Source: Ylistrum balloti (Eukaryota). From it: a stretch of 64,000 bases of DNA. The first letter of the stretch is position 1. The number at the start of each line of letters is the position of its first letter. The stretch lies in contig NW_026782045.1 of the NCBI RefSeq assembly GCF_031769215.1, positions 496,001-560,000 on the forward strand, written 5' to 3'. A program made the translations under genes and the position numbers. Below the pieces are notes generated by a model. That model saw nothing but the letters and a program-made list of their open reading frames with translations. It was not told the origin of the DNA and did not search any database. Below, piece after piece: positions 11,401 through 23,500 of this stretch.

Positions 11401-14400
11401 AGTAAGCTGTACTTACCTCTATTGCAAGTTGAATCACCTTGGCATAATCAGCTACCTCTTCTGGCAGAAGCTTTGTTCCACTATTTGGGTATGCTTTCTG
11501 CAAACACAAATTGATAAATGCAACCTTCATAACCTTGGTTTCTTATGTTATCAAATGGCAGAGATGAATAGTTTAGCCAATATGTAAAGCTTAGGTCTAG
11601 CCACATGTTTCTGTTTCTGGTAACTCTAACTACCCTAATATTTTGTGCCTACTTTAAACATCCAGTCAATTTTTCAAAGTTGAAGTCAAGATTTCTCTTC
11701 TTAACAAACCACATAAATTTATTTGTTAAAACAAAATTTTATCATGCCTACACACCTACCCTAATTTTTTACAATATGTTAAAAGAAACACATGTAGTTT
11801 TTTTTATCCTTTTTTACATAGATCTTCTCTAAAACAACGAACAGAGATATAAATGTGAACATTATCTGTTTACCATACACAAGTTTTCAATTGATGCGAT
11901 TTAAAAAGAAAAGACACCTGTTGTCTAATCCCTTTGTACAACTTTGTGCCATAAAAGTTGTTGAAATGAAAAATGTTATTCATCAATCAAATTTTTTATT
12001 TTAGATGGTTCATAAATCCCCTACTAAAATGTAATAAATTATTTAAGCAAATATTGTAGAATACAGACACTTCTACATCAAACTTGAACTGAATTTTCCT
12101 CCATGATTCTTATACTACAACACATTATTTCAGTACATAATATTATCTTATTTACATATTATTTGAGTGTGTGACATCCTTTGATTATCTAAATTTGGTG
12201 TCAAAAAAGTTTATTTTACACATGTATCAAAATAACAGGCAAAAATATTACATATAGCAAACTCAATGCAGTCATATTATAGTTTTAATCGTCGGGACAC
12301 AATGTAAGGGGAGACAACTGCTAATAACATACTCAACTTTTACATAAGTGCTGCATAGTGATGGGACAAATTGTTTAACCTCTTCTGTTGTGATGATCAA
12401 TTGTACTTTTCCATGATTGATCATCAGTCCCTGAATATTTTCTTGTGTTTCAGTAAAAACAACATTCATATCATGCCTAATAAAGATGCCAATTGCCATT
12501 AATATTTATTCTCTGCAAATTCTAGGTAAGACATCTGACCTTTAACCTTCAACAATGACAACCAAAATCTAATCAGGTGTAGACCTTGTTGTTGTGCTAT
12601 TATGGTGTGAATCAATGACATTTGACCTTTAACCTTGAGAAACAGCAATGACAACTAAATCTAATCAGGTGTAGATATTATTATTTCACCACAAATTCAA
12701 GATGGAAGGATGGCCAACAATTATCAGACCATTTCATGGCAAGGCATTATATTACTGTTAAATTGTTGCTTACATCCTATCAACAGCATTTGTGGTGGGG
12801 TAGGGCCCGAATCCCCGGAGAAAAACCACCGATCTGCAGCCAGTACCTGGCACCCACCATTGCCTGATCTTGATCATCATGCCCTGAATATTTCTTGTGT
12901 TTTAGTAAAAACAACATTCATAACATGCCTAATAAAGATGCTACTTGCCATTAATATTTATTCTCTGCAAATACTAGGTAAGAGTGGTATTTTAGGTCAA
13001 AGTTAAAAAACAAAGATCAGAATAGTGCAACGATGAATACATTTACTTTCTATAGATATTGAACACACTGCCAGCTGTTTACATAATTGATTAGTCTCCC
13101 ATTTTAACCAGTAATTGATTATATATTTTGACTGATTTCCCATCACTAGTGTTACATATTTCCTACAAAAATCAGAAGAGGTGGACAAATAACATGTTAT
13201 TCAAAATCGGTGAGTGGGCTTATTATCCTGAAGCAAGTCAAGGGAACAGACACATTACCTCTGGCTCAAAGTCGGGGTGGGCTTATCACAGAACTCTCTG
13301 AGGGCCAACACATTACCTTTGACTCAAAAGTCAGTCAATGGGCTTATTACAAAACCACAGGGGGCCAACACAATACCACTGACTTATGTCAGTGTGTGGA
13401 CTTATTACAAAATCTCAAAGGGGCCAACACATCACCTCTGACTCAAAGACAGGAGGGGCCTATTACAGGACATCAAGGACCAACCCATTACCTCTGACTC
13501 AAAATCAGGGGGTTGGCTTACTACAGAACCTTCTGAGGGACAACACATTACCTCTGATTCAAAATTCAGTTAGTGGGCTTATTACAAAACCACAGGGGGC
13601 CAAAACATAACCTCGGAATTAAAGTTGGGGAGCAGGCTTATTACAAAACCTCAGGGTGCCAACACATTACCTCGGAATTAAAGTTGGGGAGCAGGCTTAT
13701 TACAAAACCTCAGGGTGCCAACACATTACCTCGGAATTAAAGTTGGGGAGCAGGCTTATTACAAAACATCAGGGGGCCAACACAATACCTCTGACTAATG
13801 TCAGTGAGTGGGCTTATTACAAAATCTCAGGAGCCATCACATTACCTCTGACTCAAAGACAGGAGGGGTCTATAACAGGAAATCAGGGACCAACATATTA
13901 CCTCTGATTCAAAATCATGGGGTGGGCTTATTATGGAACCTCAGAGGGGCCAACACATTACCTCTGACTAATGTCAGGAGTGGGCTTATTGACACAAAGA
14001 CAAAATCAGGGACCAAAACATTACCATCACATTACCTCTGACACAAAGACAGGAAGTGGGTCTCTTACAGGAAATCAGGGACCAACATATTACCTCTGAT
14101 TCAAAATCAGGAGGTGGGCTTATTACGGAACCTCAGAGGGGCCAACACATTTCCTCTGACTCAGAGACAGGAAGTGGGTCTCTTACAGGACATCAGGGAC
14201 CAACACATTACTACTGACACAAAGACAGGAAGTGGGTCTCTTACAGGACATCAGGGACCAACACATTACTCTGACTCAAAGACAGGAAGTGGGTCTCTTA
14301 CAGGACATCAGGGACCAACACATTACTACTGACACAAAGACAGGAAGTGGGTCTCTTACAGGACATCAGGGACCAACACATTACTACTGACTCAAAGACA

Positions 14401-17400
14401 GGAAGTGGGTCTCTTATAGGACATCAGGGACCAACACATTACTCTGACTCAAAGACAGGAAGTGGGTCTCTTACAGGACATCAGGGACCAACACATTACT
14501 ACTGACACAAAGACAGGAAGTGGGTCTCTTATAGGACATCAGGGACCAACACATTACTACTGACTCAAAGACAGGAAGTGGGTCTCTTACAGGACATCAG
14601 GGACCAACACATTACTACTGACTCAAAGACAGGAAGTGGGTCTCTTACAGGACATCAGGGACCAACACATTACTCTGACTCAAAGACAGGAAGTGGGTCT
14701 CTTACAGGACATCAGGGACCAACACATTACTCTGACTCAAAGACAGGAAGTGGGTCTCTTACAGGACATCAGGGACCAACACATTACTACTGACTCAAAG
14801 ACAGGAAGTGGGTCTCTTACAGGACATCAGGGACCAACACATTACTACTGACTCAAAGACAGGAAGTGGGTCTCTTACAGGACATCAGGGACCAACACAT
14901 TACTACTGACTCAAAGACAGGAAGTGGGTCTCTTATAGGACATCAGGGACCAACACATTACTCTAACTCAAAGACAGAAAGTGGGTCTCTTACAGGACAT
15001 CAGGGACCAACACATTACTCTGACTCAAAGACAGGAAGTGGGTCTCTTACAGGACATCAGGGACCAACACATTACTACTGACTCAAAGACAGGAAGTGGG
15101 TCTCTTACAGGACATCAGGGACCAACACATTACTCTGACTCAAAGACAGGAAGTGGGTCTCTTACAGGACATCAGGGACCAACACATTACTACTGACTCA
15201 AAGACAGGAAGTGGGTCTCTTACAGGACATCAGGGACCAGTCAGTCTGACAATATCTTGTCAAAATATTGAAATTATAAACCGATCTTACATTCAGTTCC
15301 ACTTTGTGATATCATTTCATTTATGAACCTTGTCAAAATGACCTAAATATCTGAACAGTTCAGTTAGTTTTGCAGAATTTTTTTTCAGGTGAGTCTAGAA
15401 CATATTTATGAAATTTTGGTGAGTCCCATTACTAAGGGATTTTGTGGGTCCTCAAAATTTGAGGGAGTCCCAGAGGAAAATCACGAGTCCAGGACTTGAA
15501 TATCTGAATCCGGCAAAAAACACTGAAACTTAGACCCTAGATGCAAACTTGTTTGTATAATACATATATATATACTATTACAAGATTAGACCATTTAATT
15601 TTCACTCTGTACTGAATCTCACTCCAAATTTCTATGATAAATAAGAGGGTTTCTTTTACATGCCAAGATAACATATATGTTACTATATATCAAGCGGATA
15701 TCATTGTCAACAACAGTTGTAACATCTTCCAACACACTACGTATTGTCATAGCATGTGGAAATAAAAGCCCAGTTACTGTTCCCTTCCCCTGGTTCGTTT
15801 CTATATTCATACCAGTCTGAATTTATCACGTTTATTAAAACATATAACAAAACATTATTTTTTGGAACTTCAACAATTGAGTCCTGTACTCATACATTTT
15901 CTGTGCGACTCACTCAAATTTTTAGACCTCACTATATCTGATAGCTCTGGAACTCATCATAACTTTGAAATGGTCTTTTGCACTGGCTATAAAAAAAACT
16001 GACAAAAACTCCTGACAAAGACCTTTTGAAGTCCTTTAACTGATACATATATTATGAAACATCCTTTCCTAACAATAAATTAAAACAAATTAGCCATGTT
16101 CATTGTATAATGCTGACTGGTATTGGAAATTAAGGACATGAGAAGACTATTACCTGTTTAACCCTAAATATGTATTAGTGTAACCAACCCTGTGGAAGAC
16201 AACTATAATGGTTTCAATTTTCCTAAAGTGAACTTTCCATTTCTTGATAGCAACAACTATTATTACCAAATCTATGGTGTTTTTTCTAAGTTGACTTCCA
16301 GGAAGTCATTACCGGTACTTAAGTTATCACTTACCTCCAAATAGAGACAAATCGCCATGGACTCGTTCACAATGATGTCACCATCTTTGAAGGTTGGAAC
16401 CTGTCCAGAAACAAATGAAAAGTGAATATGACTGGACTGTACAGAATAGATGGGTTTGACCACTGTTATAGGAACATCAAGATGACAGAAGTGATCAGTA
16501 AAGACAGCAGTAACTAGTCAGTTAACTAACAGACAAGGTCAAGGTCATTTATTTGTAGAGTCAAACACATTATCTAAACTGGTTTCTTACCAAATATCAT
16601 GACCTTGGCCTTTTGATTACATAAATTTGACCCCTATACCTAGAACAGGATTAAGGTCATTCATGCATAAACGAAGGTATATCAAGTCTGATCAAATTTG
16701 TCCAGCCAAATATTGACTCGGGAGTCTTTGAGTTTTTGAAAAAAAATCCTGTTTGAAGATCTTGTTGCGACTTCTGTGACATTGAAATATCTCAAGATCC
16801 TTTATCCAATTATAGTACTGGCCAAATCGCATCACCCTTTGCTTGTTTCTATGATCACAAAATATTGTTGGAATTGTAAAATCAAGATAATTCATTTAAA
16901 CAAACCTCGAAAATAGGCAATAACTTAGTAATCAAGGAGTTGCAGGTCTTGGCTTTGTACACCAGGCATTGTTTTTTAATGACTGATGTTTACCTCATGT
17001 TTTTAAATGTTGGTCAAGTTATGTTCTGGACACAAAATTTTAACAAAGGGCAATAACTCTGTAATTAAGGAGTTGCAGGCCCCAACTTAGTTGCACTGTA
17101 CAATGTCTTTGTATGATAAATGTATACTTCCAATTTCATTATCCTAGCATAAATGAAAGTAGAGTCATGCTCTAGACAAGAAATTTTAACATAGGGCAAT
17201 AACTCTGTAATTAAGGTATTGTGGGTCTTGAATTTGGTATGCAAAACCTCTTATAATGATCAGTGCATACACAAATTTCTAACGTATTTTTAATTCAAGC
17301 AAAGCTATGCTCCAGATAAGATATTTTAACAAATGGCAATTACTCTGGAAATGAGGGTTCTGAATTAGGTATTTTCAGGTAGCATAAAAATGTTGGTAGA

Positions 17401-18631
17401 TATTAAGTTATTTGATCCCTATGTTCTTAAATAGGACTAAGGTTGTCCATTTGAACAAACTAAAAGCTCAGCATTTAATAAGCTATAGGCGAATTATCAC
17501 AGCTCTGAACCTTATATTTGTTTGAAAATCTAAGCAAAGATATCAAAACGTCTGTTACTGAAATTTAAAACATTTCACCAATGTGACCTATGACAGTTAT
17601 TCATGATTTCATCCTTGTCCGATTGGATTTCACCGATTAACCCAGCATGCTAAAGGCCAAATATCATGTTCTGATTATCGGAGATAATTTATAAAGGTCT
17701 GAATACATTTGACCCTGACCTTCATTTGAAAAATCTTGCTCCAAACATTTCATTGGTCATAATTTCACAAAATAATGTTGAGACGCTAGTATAAGCTTGC
17801 AGGTCCCTGAAATGACGTATGACTTATAAGTTCTGTTTGGTTATCAATAAGCATGTGCCGTCTTTCTTTTTTTATCGGAATGGAGAACTACTTGGTAAGC
17901 AAATATTATTGACCAACTAACGAAAAAAACATAGCTTAAGCGTCGTCATCCATCCCTCTAGGACTAGAACATGAATGTGATTTTTTTATTATTGTCCAGG
18001 AACAGGGAAAATACACATTGCTATTGAGTGCCCAGGAACTGAACCCGAGTCTCTGACGTAATAACTGACCGATTCTACCAACTGAGGCAAAAAACAAGCT
18101 CTGTCAGCTGAGTGACTGTATTTAACACTATATACAAGTCACACCAACCTCCTCCTAGTGAAATATATTATCAAGAATAAACCATTTTTATTTTGCAAAA
18201 ATAACAACCAATGTATTTACTTCAACATCTGGACGTTATAAAATACTCTATTCTTAATAAACTTACGATATTTTATATTTGAAGAAAAAAAATCATTCAT
18301 TTTCACAAGCACCTGTGCGGACTTGGGGATAATCTTGAAATGGTCAGTAATCTAGCTCGCGGCTACCACACCGAAGCATCCGAATTTGTGCATAAATTCT
18401 TCATTATCAATAAGATCAACGAATGCAGCAAGTGGGTGTTTATCGGTAACTATATCTTACCTGGCCTCTACTGTTTAATTCCATAACTTCCTTACTCTTA
18501 TGTCCCTTCTTTGAAAATTCAATTAATGTTTTTTCGATGTCATCGAATCCTTTCTCAGCGAGGGCAATCATTGCTTTCCAACAGGGTCCGCTTCCGGATC
18601 CCCAAATCAGATGCATGTCTTCTTTACCCAT
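8405..18631 (-). CDS. GSTR: Glutathione S-transferase, rho class (fish GST-A-like), 6 coding exons, 235 aa
   Basis: Exons 18631-18461, 16400-16335, 11497-11417, 9654-9571, 9285-9208 and 8632-8405, all GT-AG and all phase 0, splice to an open frame. The N-terminus MGKEDMHLIWGSGSGPCWKAMIALAEK..HKSKEVMELNSRGQVPTF..NES and the C-terminus SLADV..RPSIAKTFPPHW match rho-class GSTs. Strong Kozak context accATGG. Confidence 0.93.
9845..10634. mobile_element. Non-autonomous interspersed element with about 143-bp internal repeats (HINE/Helentron-like, bivalve type)
   Basis: Starts with gaggcccaatgggc..ctcacctg and ends with ccggtgagctaaaa (subterminal inverted repeat). Three degenerate internal units start near 10112, 10257 and 10399 and are rich in tgacctt/aaggtca. 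The family name is from memory. Confidence 0.45.
10868..11201. repeat. Recent local duplication, copy A (about 334 bp; copy A' at 12530-12871)
   Basis: Near-identical to 12530-12871, with about 4 substitutions and one 8-bp indel. It ends in a degenerate SINE core (ccccggagaaaaaccacc..cagtacctggca). Confidence 0.95.
12417..12983. repeat. B-A'-B' structure: copy A' flanked by about 115-bp direct repeats
   Basis: 12417-12531 and 12870-12983 are about 93% identical and bracket copy A' (12530-12871). Confidence 0.9.
13190..15240. repeat. 57/58-bp minisatellite in GST intron 2, degenerate on the left and homogeneous on the right
   Basis: Unit ctgactcaaagacaggaagtgggtctcttacaggacatcagggaccaacacattact(a). 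About 19 near-identical copies at 14155-15240; diverged relatives at 13190-14155. Confidence 0.97.
16915..17360. repeat. Degenerate about 140-bp tandem repeat (about 4 copies)
   Basis: The motif (a)agggcaataactctgtaattaagg recurs near 16915, 17045, 17190 and 17333. Confidence 0.6.
18028..18090 (-). mobile_element. tRNA-derived SINE head (degenerate)
   Basis: Minus strand: GCCTCAGTTGGTAGA (A-box-like), then GGTTCAGTTCC (B-box-like). No intact cloverleaf. Confidence 0.5.
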
Positions 18632-18732
18632 GGTGAATATTGTAGTTGGAAGCTGGATACTCGTGCAGGTAAGCTCTCAGTAAATCTGGTACTCGTCCAG
18701 GTAAGCCTACACCTTTTAGTGTACGATACCGG

Positions 18733-18957
18733 TATATATATTCACCCGGTGTCGTGGGAATATGTTTCCACTGACGCTATTGTTCCGGTTGTTAGGTTAT
18801 ACTATAATACAGTATAACACCGTAAAATATATCGTTTTCTCTGTATGGGTTATGTAGTTCCCTAAAAGACAAGACTATTATTCGACAATGACATCAGATT
18901 TTGTCATGCCAAGACAATCATTTGACGTCATCAAGACGTGACTTATTTATGACGTCA
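18733..18957 (-). promoter_or_regulatory. GST proximal promoter candidate: TATA-like element and two perfect CRE palindromes
   Basis: TATATATA at 18733-18740 (about 100 nt upstream of the ATG). TGACGTCA at 18923-18930 and 18950-18957. Confidence 0.45.
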
Positions 18958-19254
18958 CAATAGTGTAATTACACATGTGCCCTGTGATATGTATGATATA
19001 GCGGTATGGCATTATACAACAGTTTAAAACAGGACTAATTAATGTTGGGGGAAAGCAAGAGAATTTTACTACCATTTTTATCGTATTTTGTTGTCTGTCT
19101 CAGCTGAGCCGTCATTTCATTTCATTTTGAGATACATGGCGAGAGGACAAAAGCTTAACTTAAATTTATCATACTAAACATGCATAATTAATACAAGATA
19201 TAAATATACTTGAGGTAGAAGTGTTTGGCGATTGGTGAGATAAAGTGTTGGACA

Positions 19255-19445
19255 AACTCTAGCGTATAGAGCTAGCGTATATGGATTTTTGGGCATACGC
19301 TGAAACACGCCAGTGGTAAGCTGGAATACGTTTTTAGTACGCCGGGGTACGTCGATGTACGCTGATGTACGCTGACGGCCAAAATATTTTTTGAACATGC
19401 ACAAAAATGTTTAGCGTATACCAACGTATGAATTTTACGCCCCTC
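19255..19445. mobile_element. Degenerate foldback/MITE-like element
   Basis: CpG-rich block with repeated agcgtat / atacgct inverted motifs and a ttttgaacatgcacaaaaa quasi-palindrome. Confidence 0.3.
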
Positions 19446-20281
19446 ATTCGTTCCACATACGCTTATATGAAGATCGTTCCTAATGGCGTGTATAGGGAGA
19501 AGGAAACGGGTGTCTGAATGTTACATCTGATATTTAGGTCGACTGTTAATATCGAGAACGAATAAATTTGTTGCAAAAAAAAAAAAAAAACAAAGTTTAT
19601 TGTCTAATTGTCACAGACTTTTATGGATATTTCAACACACCGATTCATTTACATTATCAACAAAAAATTCAATACCTAGTGAACAATCTTACTCCGATAA
19701 GATATATCTTGAAAAAAATGCCAAGGTGATTATCGGGCGAGGTCATTAACCATGCTATGTATGACTGGAAAACATCTACCCGAACGAATGCCAACATGTT
19801 GGGCTAGCGTTATATAAATTAACCCTGCGGTGTCATGGGAATATCTCACAATTTGTTTTTTATCCGTCTGAACAAATCACCGTCGTGGTTTTTATTCATT
19901 TATTTAAACAAACCTGTGAAGATATATTGATATCTCGGTTAATAACAGGTTTTAAGACGATAATTGATTTAGCCACACCAAATTCTTACTTCACGTGTTC
20001 TTAGTATTACTCGGCAGTGTATAAATTCCGTTTCATGTAAGCCTGCTTTTACAAGAGGATTGTACGAAAGTCTTTTAACATTGAAAAATTAAAAGTTTCA
20101 GTTGTAAGAAAACCGAAAACCATCTGCAGACTTAAAGCAATCTACCTCCCAATCCCTATCTCATGGAAATAAAGATAAAAGTCGCTGACAGGAAGTCAGA
20201 ACCCTTCAGACTAATAATACATATATGGACAGGAAACACCATCAAAAAGACAATCAGGCAAAATAACACCCCCCCCCCTCC

Positions 20282-20535
20282 TGTACAACCCAAAACTAGA
20301 CTCCTGCACAACCCAAAACTATACTCCTGCACAACCCAAAACTATGCTTCCGCACAACCCAAAACTATGCTCCCGCACAACCCAAAACTATACTCCCACA
20401 CAACCCGAAACTATACTCCTGCACAACCCAAATCTATACTCCCACACAACCCAAATCTATACTCCCACACAACCCAAAACTATGCTCCCGCACAACCCAA
20501 AATTATAGTCCCACACAACCCAAAATTGTACTCCT
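20282..20535. repeat. 23-bp minisatellite, about 11 copies
   Basis: Unit gcacaacccaaaactatactcct, with starts at 20306, 20329, 20352 and onward. Confidence 0.93.
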
Positions 20536-23500
20536 CTCCCGGTGGGAAGTTAAGTAGGGAATCTGTTATAACAGATACCAATGGTTTTGCAGAACAAAAA
20601 TTACAGACAAAGCATATATCAGGTATATAGCCTTTATTCATTCTCTCTGTAACATAATAATGCACCCGCATTCAAAGGTGTTCACCGAATATACATCGTC
20701 AACATTAACATGACATTTTCTCTTCTGAACACTAAAACCGCAGTTTTCAAAAACTTGCAGTAAGTGCCATCATATTATATCTATTCTTCTCAGATAACAG
20801 AGGGCACTAAAACTTGACTGAAATATAAGGCACGGCCAAAATCTGGATTCCTGGCCAAATTACATAACACCACTAGAATAACATACTGGAGCACAGAAAA
20901 TAAATCAAAAAGTGACAGCCGACTACATCTTTGTGGTCACAACAACAATTATAATTAACAAAACTGTTTTAACAACTTTTAACAAGGCGACATTTCACAT
21001 CCAAAAAAATGCCAACATTACTTTTAAATGTGATTTATATGTCCTTGGGTCACCACCAGTATCTCCTGCACAAATTGAAATGATACAGTTTGACTTCTTA
21101 TATATTACACAAGAGCTGTGATGACATTGATCATATAATCTTTGTTCCAAAGACGTTTGTAAAAGTAGCTATAAAACTCCAGTCTTTCCAAAAGTGCAAT
21201 GTGATGTGTTGGAGACCACAATCCACTGTGGGAGAGATTGATAAAACAGTATTTAAAATCTGATGACATTTTTATTGTGATTTAAATGTTAAGCAGTGAT
21301 AAGGTGAAAGGTTAAGGTCAAATAAAGGTGAAAGGTCAAATGAATTCAGTGCTGAACATGATCAAATATTTCACTATAGCACATTTATGGATACAAGGAC
21401 TTGGTATGATTTCCCAACCTAACCTGAACCATAGGAAAAAGAATTCATTCCAGGTCCCTGTGGTTATGATCAAGTAATGCTCTAATTGATCGATTCAAAT
21501 AATTTAAACTGACTCTTATTACAACACACGAAAAAAAAAATTACAAAATGAAGGATAAATCACTATGTAATAAACACACAAACGTCAAACACCTGACAAC
21601 ATTTTAGCTCATTTGCAATCATTTTCAAAATGCTTCCAATGTATGGTGAAGATTTTTCTTCACTGTATACCTAAATTGGCAAATAATTACATTCCTTCTC
21701 AGGATCTGGAATAAAGCTACATAAAAAGTGTAAACAGAGCTTGTCTGACCAGTAGGTAAACCCGTAAATATGGAAACCTGACTTCTAATCACAGTAAAAG
21801 TACATCATTCTTTTCTTTAAGTTATAGTCTGCATTCGAACTGAACAGACACAATATTCACATTGGTGAAGGAAAAAATAACAGTTGGTCTAATTTTAGAC
21901 CCATATACTATACCAACTCACAGGTACCTGTCACAAATAGATTTTCCTACAGAATTGCTGAGATATTTAGAAGTACAATACTGAACTTACCCTGTAATAA
22001 ACTTGAGGGCAACCACTTCACTTCTGACTCAAAGTCAGAGATTGTGACAGGACAATAAAATAGTAGATGTTAGTAAATCTACTTAAAAGTCATAGAACGG
22101 GTTTATTACCAGACATGGGCTTATTGTCTGGCAAATATAGTTTGTATAATTGTATGATAATTTCTACATAGCTCCTCAGAAAATCAATTTTGACTGGTAC
22201 CTGTGTTAAACTGTTGGCTGACAATATCACTTGTATAAACAGTAATGTGTCACAAAATCTCTGCTGTCAGTATTTTTAGTGTCTAAGTCCCTGTGTTTGT
22301 GTGTACAAAGCTCAATTCCCAACACAAGCATCCATGTCTCATGAAATACATATGAAAAGTGTTCGGTTGACTAAGAGATCTGATACATATTTCCGATGCA
22401 TGGGTCACTATCTTAAAATATGATATTATGTAGCTATGAAAAGTGCATTTAATTAGTATATATACACATGGGTTTTGTGACCAAATGGACTCGATAAAAC
22501 TTCCAAAACCATGGGTCTAAATGTAGAACATGTTTTTATGTAAGTACAGGTATTTGTAAGACACATCGGACAGGATTAAGTATAAAGTCCCTGTTTTATG
22601 TGTACATCAACAATAAGGTGATATAGATCTAACAAAAATATAAGTAAATTGTATACAATAGGAAACCTAATGACCCATATTGCAGAAACACAAGAATTGA
22701 AAGGGTTACAACTTTCACCATACAAAACAACTGTTTTTACTGAAAAAAAATCATGTATGTATTTGAACAAAGTATCGGAGCTTTACTTAATCTGACAATA
22801 CTATAGTCTCACCGCTAAATTTTAAAAGGTTTTGTAAAACCTTGTAAAATATGTTCCAACTTTATCATATAACTGATGCAGATTAATCGCAGAAGGAAAC
22901 TGATACAAAATTACAACACAGATTAAGACCATTATAAATATTTTTAAAAAATGGTAGAAAAAACAAAATATAATAGAATTAAAATACATTGACAACCTTA
23001 TTGCTTGAAATGAGTTTAAAAACAACAGTTAAAACAAAATCTTTGTATAAAAAGGAACGGCTGTATGTCATCTTGGCTACCAACAGCGTAATACTTCCCT
23101 GCAGTACAGATAGAAGTTTGTAACAGAGGTATATAAAAATTTTGAGGAAAAAAAATTTAAATATATTTTCCCATTATTACTCTGATTCATCTATTCATTA
23201 TCATCTTTTTTTCTGACAAGAATGTGATGTTAAATGCATTGAGTCAGTACGATTAAAATCAGATGTTGTATAGCTAAGCTTACAATCACCAAAACCCCCT
23301 GATTAACGGTTGTTTTGTTCAATGAAGATCTTTGCATTAGGGAAACCATAATACTGAATAACAACTGTACCCTTATCACGCTATCTTACAAAAATCTTCT
23401 CACATTTGAGATGTCTGCATAGCAAAATGCTTGCAACAAATAACTTTTATTTTTATTGAAATTAATGGCAACCAATCTGTCTAATTTGCAATGATAAACT

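Noticed and set aside
18655-18707. Two plus-strand CAG|GTAAGC donors suggesting an antisense gene overlapping the GST start
   Set aside because: They are an imperfect 19-bp direct repeat in the probable GST 5'UTR; no upstream acceptor or promoter and no downstream exon was found.
18640-19150. Antioxidant (TGACnnnGC) or metal response element at the GST promoter
   Set aside because: No exact match was found by eye; only CRE palindromes are present.
20163-20630. 155-aa Pro/Gln/Tyr-rich ORF
   Set aside because: Its core is the 23-bp minisatellite read through successive frames.
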